A stretch of 64,000 bases of DNA, from assembly GCF_006345805.1 (NCBI RefSeq), contig NC_043019.1, positions 2,976,001-3,040,000 of the forward strand. Direction: 5' to 3'. Source of the stretch: Octopus sinensis (Eukaryota). A program made the position numbers and the translations under genes. Each line of letters opens with the position of its first letter. Position 1 is the stretch's first letter. Positions 63,501-64,000 of the stretch are shown piece by piece. The notes under the pieces were generated by a model. The model did not search any database and was not told the DNA's origin. It saw only the letters and a list, made by a program, of their open reading frames with translations.

Positions 63501-63826
63501 TTCTCCAGTATTTTGTTTGCAACACTTAATCACTGTATCTCTGTTCTATGTAGACTTTAATTTATAAAATATTAACGTATATCTCATAAAGAAGTTCTCA
63601 AACAATAACAGTACATTAGCAGTAACAATAAGCACAAACAAACACTTATGACAGTAACAATAAAACAATTAGAAAAAAACATACAGATTAAGACAAAATG
63701 ATTAAACATTCAACATGTAAGATTTAAAATATGAAATATCATTTTTGTGTTAGACATATTAGCTATTTTTATCAGGTGCTAATTTCTTACCAGACAAAAT
63801 TTCCACAGGCTCTATAGGAAGTGCAA
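1221..63826 (-). CDS. Multi-exon gene (partial, 5' end beyond window) for a giant tandem-VWA extracellular matrix/adhesion protein: 10 VWA domains joined by mostly Pro/Thr-rich linkers (collagen VI-/matrilin-like VWA domains)
   Basis: 25 phase 1-1 exons with canonical AG/GT sites, all in one frame. VWA exons total 5568 nt and microexons 441 nt. Domains carry D-x-S-x-S, G-x-T-N, (I/V)TDG and (I/V)YAIGIG signatures. No start codon or signal peptide seen in the window. Confidence 0.9.
3005..3100. repeat. Short imperfect minisatellite, ~28-30 bp unit ttacca(a/t)gtgatatt...
   Basis: Four ttacca(a/t)gtga cores in tandem. Confidence 0.7.
4187..4194 (-). CDS. Candidate terminal exon coding part: (G)R-stop
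   Basis: Very strong acceptor actttattttttttctctttacag|GT CGC TAA in phase 1; AATAAA on minus strand at 4009-4014. Confidence 0.5.
8219..8794 (-). CDS. VWA exon 10, 576 nt ([19 protein letters not shown]...IFDYC)
   Basis: ORF 8055..8834; ccttattctctag|GT GGC TGT ... TGT G|gtgagt; DxSxT MIDAS variant; terminal Cys pair. Confidence 0.95.
9207..9586. mobile_element. Tc1/mariner-type MITE
   Basis: TIRs CACTACCATCAGAAATTAATTAGCAC / GTGCTAATTAATTTCTGACGCAAGTG flanked by TA. Confidence 0.8.
9593..9846 (-). mobile_element. Mariner-derived MITE with ~90-bp inverted arms
   Basis: TTGGGTTGGTGCATAATT / AATTATGCACCAACCCAA ends flanked by TA; core encodes a mariner-like C-terminus [20 protein letters not shown] on minus strand. 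Confidence 0.85.
9847..10355. repeat. Compound (TA)n/(TATATC)n/(CA)n microsatellite
   Basis: Directly visible; source of the YIYI-type spurious ORFs. Confidence 0.95.
10450..11100 (+). mobile_element. 3' part of an RTE-LINE-related retroposon (pyrimidine-rich body plus tail ending cgttaaatgatgac)
   Basis: Tail ...ggttggcattaggaag...cccacgccagcagggag...aaacgttaaatgatga is shared with 26390-26520 and, in reverse, 24350-24510. Confidence 0.65.
11501..11857 (+). mobile_element. tRNA-derived octopus-type SINE with internal (TG)n
   Basis: Head gtggctgtgtggtaagaagcttgcttcccaaccacatggttcc-agttcagttcc (A/B-box-like); tail ggtgccccagcatggc...tgactgaaac; related copies at 50904-51064 and 42340-42427. 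Confidence 0.8.
11960..11986 (-). CDS. Linker microexon, 27 nt, (E)HTPVISSS
   Basis: ctactttcttacag|AG CAC ACA CCT GTA ATT TCA TCT TCT G|gtaagt. Confidence 0.85.
12303..12407. repeat. Direct tandem duplication, ~53-bp unit
   Basis: aaaatggac(t/g)tctgtaaa(c/g)at(a/g)atattctagtaaattcc...ggcatt occurs twice. Confidence 0.85.
15893..16462 (-). CDS. VWA exon 9, 570 nt ([19 protein letters not shown]...FEFCDL)
   Basis: ORF 15873..16424 extends to ttattaatcttcag|AA AGC TGT; donor CTT G|gtaagt; intact MIDAS; terminal Cys pair. Confidence 0.95.
17515..18084 (-). CDS. VWA exon 8, 570 nt ([19 protein letters not shown]...KEFCP)
   Basis: ORF 17504..18004 extends to cctccttctttag|GA CGT TGC; donor CCA G|gtattt; intact MIDAS; terminal Cys pair. 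Confidence 0.95.
18393..18425 (-). CDS. Linker microexon, 33 nt, (E)[10 protein letters not shown]
   Basis: atttctttccttcag|AA CCC CCA ACA CGA CCA CCT GTG TCA GTT AGG G|gtaagt. Confidence 0.9.
19599..19628 (-). CDS. Linker microexon, 30 nt, (G)MPTRKPRPT
   Basis: tttttttttcag|GA ATG CCA ACC CGA AAG CCC AGA CCT ACG G|gtaaga. Confidence 0.85.
20390..20956 (-). CDS. VWA exon 7, 567 nt ([18 protein letters not shown]...KEICL)
   Basis: ORF 20361..21002; poly-T...gcgcatatag|AG TGC ... CTT G|gtaagt; intact MIDAS; terminal Cys pair. Confidence 0.95.
21503..21535 (-). CDS. Linker microexon, 33 nt, (E)[10 protein letters not shown]
   Basis: ttgttctttcttcgcag|AA CCT ACA ACA ACA CCA GTA ATT ACA ACA ACG G|gtatgt. 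Confidence 0.9.
23613..24173 (-). CDS. VWA exon 6, 561 nt ([16 protein letters not shown]...TEFQP)
   Basis: ORF 23530..24147; ttattatatatag|AA TTT GCT ... CCA G|gtatgt; intact MIDAS; no Cys; contains RGD. Confidence 0.95.
24350..25210 (-). mobile_element. Reverse-oriented copy of the retroposon family at 10450-11100
   Basis: Reverse-complemented tail (tttctacagccagatacccttc...atgccaaccac) followed by a purine-rich body. Confidence 0.6.
25230..26520 (+). mobile_element. Degenerate RTE-clade LINE remnant (reverse transcriptase region plus 3' tail)
   Basis: Frameshifted RT-like motifs: KASGPSGI (~25585), NYRGIKL (~25740), LY..DL/AFNR interrupted by a MITE, VHQ..LSPFPFII (~26295); tail ending aaatgatgacgat. 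Confidence 0.75.
25941..26120. mobile_element. hAT MITE nested in the LINE RT region
   Basis: TIRs CAGGGGTCCCCAA / TTGGAAACCCCTG; TSD acctagat/accaagac (6/8 match). Confidence 0.8.
26630..26700 (+). ncRNA. Minimal type I hammerhead-ribozyme-like motif (Penelope-like element remnant)
   Basis: CTGAAGA (26634-26640); stem II ttgactgta/tacagccat; GAAAC (26685); palindromic stem III ACGATCGT; GUA triplet; weak stem I. Confidence 0.5.
27263..27289 (-). CDS. Linker microexon, 27 nt, (E)PPTTPAEP
   Basis: ttttcttttccccatag|AA CCT CCA ACA ACA CCA GCT GAA CCA G|gtaagc. Confidence 0.9.
27723..28289 (-). CDS. VWA exon 5, 567 nt ([18 protein letters not shown]...SKFCS)
   Basis: ORF 27691..28254 extends to ttttcctaaactaccag|CC TGC AGA; donor TCT G|gtaagt; intact MIDAS; terminal Cys pair. 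Confidence 0.95.
30276..30317 (-). CDS. Linker microexon, 42 nt, (E)[13 protein letters not shown]
   Basis: atcttggttacag|AA ATT CCA ACT ACA CCT CCA ACA ACT CCT GTT CCA ACA ACT G|gtaagt. Confidence 0.9.
32695..33264 (-). CDS. VWA exon 4, 570 nt ([19 protein letters not shown]...EQIYP)
   Basis: ORF 32639..33358; tactttttaacag|CT GAA ... CCA G|gtaaga; intact MIDAS; no Cys. Confidence 0.95.
33759..33785 (-). CDS. Linker microexon, 27 nt, (V)PTTIPTTT
   Basis: acttttttcacag|TT CCC ACA ACA ATA CCT ACA ACA ACT G|gtgagt. Confidence 0.9.
34370..35440 (-). mobile_element. Probable highly degenerate non-LTR retrotransposon 5'/endonuclease remnant
   Basis: Elevated GC; AQAPQ resembles the APE endonuclease YAPQ motif; no intact ORF. 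Confidence 0.35.
35652..35893. repeat. ~80-bp inverted repeat with ~85-bp spacer, bounded by (TA)n on the right
   Basis: aaagcaacaagaaaatcttcagtaatttggtacgatcgtttcacactacatcattttattaaacatttta versus taaaatgtttaataaaatgatgtagcgtgaaacaatcgtaccaaattaccaaagatattcttgttgctt. Confidence 0.85.
35990..36041 (-). ncRNA. Minimal type I hammerhead-ribozyme-like motif (Penelope-like element remnant)
   Basis: Minus strand: gtct CCGATGA aggtatat...atatcct g GAAAC AGCTGT A aacc; palindromic stem III ACAGCTGT; core U4 changed to C. Confidence 0.45.
36808..36834 (-). CDS. Linker microexon, 27 nt, (V)ATTIPTTT
   Basis: tcgtccatttcag|TT GCC ACC ACA ATT CCC ACA ACA ACT G|gtaagt. Confidence 0.9.
38587..38613 (-). 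CDS. Linker microexon, 27 nt, (V)PTTTPTTT
   Basis: attttctttacag|TA CCA ACT ACA ACA CCT ACA ACA ACT G|gtaagt. Confidence 0.9.
39273..39302 (-). CDS. Linker microexon, 30 nt, (A)TTEPPTEPT
   Basis: acttttattttgcgaaag|CT ACA ACT GAA CCT CCA ACC GAG CCT ACT G|gtaagt. Confidence 0.85.
39840..41280 (-). mobile_element. Probable degenerate LINE remnant
   Basis: Purine-skewed, higher-GC block with a possible frameshifted SDH-like endonuclease motif near 39975-39990; no intact ORF. Confidence 0.35.
42340..42486 (-). repeat. SINE 3'-tail fragment with a 3x18-bp repeat, followed by a 2x25-bp repeat
   Basis: tgctggggcaccgccatt x3 (42375-42427); ataaaattaatagtaaataacttac x2 (42433-42482). Confidence 0.85.
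44064..44490 (+). mobile_element. Mariner transposase pseudogene fragment (C-terminal catalytic half)
   Basis: [31 protein letters not shown]...[22 protein letters not shown]...GLASLPDR: matches the mariner HDNA and YSPDLAPSDY motifs, with stops and a frameshift. Confidence 0.9.
45623..46192 (-). CDS. VWA exon 3, 570 nt ([19 protein letters not shown]...EKIVP)
   Basis: ORF 45609..46046 extends upstream to tttaatag|GT GTT CAG; donor CCA G|gtaaga; intact MIDAS; no terminal Cys pair. Confidence 0.95.
46860..47030 (-). mobile_element. Degenerate SINE, same family as 58000-58226
   Basis: ggatggaaagtagagttgaccttggcaggaactgaac...gatactgataagcat aligns with the 58000-58226 copy. Confidence 0.6.
47220..47246 (-). 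CDS. Linker microexon, 27 nt, (V)IIPAAAPQ
   Basis: ctttattttgacag|TG ATT ATT CCT GCA GCT GCA CCT CAA G|gtaaga. Confidence 0.85.
48390..48959 (-). CDS. VWA exon 2, 570 nt ([19 protein letters not shown]...KNLCP)
   Basis: ORF 48370..48987; atctctgtag|GA GAC TGT ... CCA G|gtaagt; N- and C-terminal Cys present; MIDAS Thr replaced by Ala (GSANLA). Confidence 0.95.
49861..49902 (-). CDS. Linker microexon, 42 nt, (E)[13 protein letters not shown]
   Basis: tctttttcttcag|AA CCA ACA CAT...AAG TTT G|gtaagt; phase 1-1. Confidence 0.85.
50300..50442 (+). repeat. Old dispersed repeat; related copies near 31595-31735 and 6290-6480
   Basis: Shared ctgat..agcagac...gagatttggctgcta motifs. Confidence 0.5.
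50904..51064 (+). mobile_element. 5' part of the SINE family seen at 11501
   Basis: tttgcttcccaaccacatggttc...ggcaagtgttttctactatagcc. Confidence 0.75.
53390..53836 (-). CDS. VWA exon 1 (truncated, 447 nt; degenerate MIDAS)
   Basis: atttctcatag|GC ATC AAC... encodes [20 protein letters not shown]...HIFAFDI, with an in-frame G|GTGAGT donor at 53389. Read-through meets TAG at 53337-53339. Confidence 0.7.
54122..54302. mobile_element. hAT (Charlie/MER5-like) MITE
   Basis: TIRs CAGTGGTTCTCA / TGGGAACCATTG; TSD acctaata/atctaata (7/8 match). Confidence 0.8.
57096..57110 (-). CDS. Linker microexon, 15 nt, (V)RTPP
   Basis: Strong pyrimidine tract ttctttctgtaaatctttttcag|TT CGC ACA CCA CCA G|gtatgt; phase 1-1. 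Confidence 0.75.
58000..58226 (-). mobile_element. tRNA-derived SINE with conserved central domain
   Basis: Minus strand head gcggcgagctggaagaatcgttagc, B-box gagttcaaattcc, central ggttaactttgtctttcatcctttcagggttgattaaataagtacc. Confidence 0.75.
60221..60368. repeat. (TA)n/(TATG)n microsatellite
   Basis: Directly visible. Confidence 0.95.
63791..63826 (-). CDS. Linker microexon, 36 nt, (V)[11 protein letters not shown]
   Basis: tattttaacag|TT GCA CTT CCT ATA GAG CCT GTG GAA ATT TTG TCT G|gtaaga; phase 1-1. Confidence 0.7.
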
Positions 63827-64000
63827 CTGTTAAAATATACATATATTCGTTTGTGAGTTAGAGTAAATATCTTTTGGTGAAGGATATATTTCAAAATAGA
63901 GTGAGCACAATATATGAATGATTATTCTATATTTTATAAAAATGCAATATAAATTAAGTGTAAAGCAATGCAGTATGTTGGTATTTTGCCAAAGAAGACA

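Noticed and set aside
1221-63826. Gene symbol COL6A3/COL6A6/MATN/COL12A1
   Set aside because: No triple-helix, EGF, FN3 or coiled-coil exons in the window; orthology cannot be established from VWA similarity alone.

Overview
AT-rich, intron-rich animal genomic DNA. The SINE/LINE/MITE content and (TA)n load look like an Octopus (coleoid cephalopod) genome; this is inferred from remembered repeat families, not from a search. Almost the whole window is one minus-strand gene whose 5' end lies beyond position 64000. It encodes a very large tandem von Willebrand factor A (VWA) domain protein. I can place 10 exons of one VWA domain each (447-576 nt) and 15 linker microexons (15-42 nt), most of them Pro/Thr-rich. 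All 25 have canonical AG/GT sites, a length divisible by 3, phase 1-1 and a final G, so any subset splices in frame; together they give about 2000 codons. No collagen Gly-X-Y, EGF or transmembrane exon is visible. Notable points: terminal Cys pairs co-vary between domains, the MIDAS motif decays in the 5'-most domains, one VWA exon appears shortened through a new donor, near-identical Thr-rich microexons occur in tandem, and there are candidate stop-carrying terminal exons. Introns hold hAT and Tc1/mariner MITEs, a mariner remnant, RTE-like LINE remnants, SINEs, Penelope-type minimal hammerhead-like motifs and microsatellites. Most short ORFs in the track are microsatellite or antisense artefacts.
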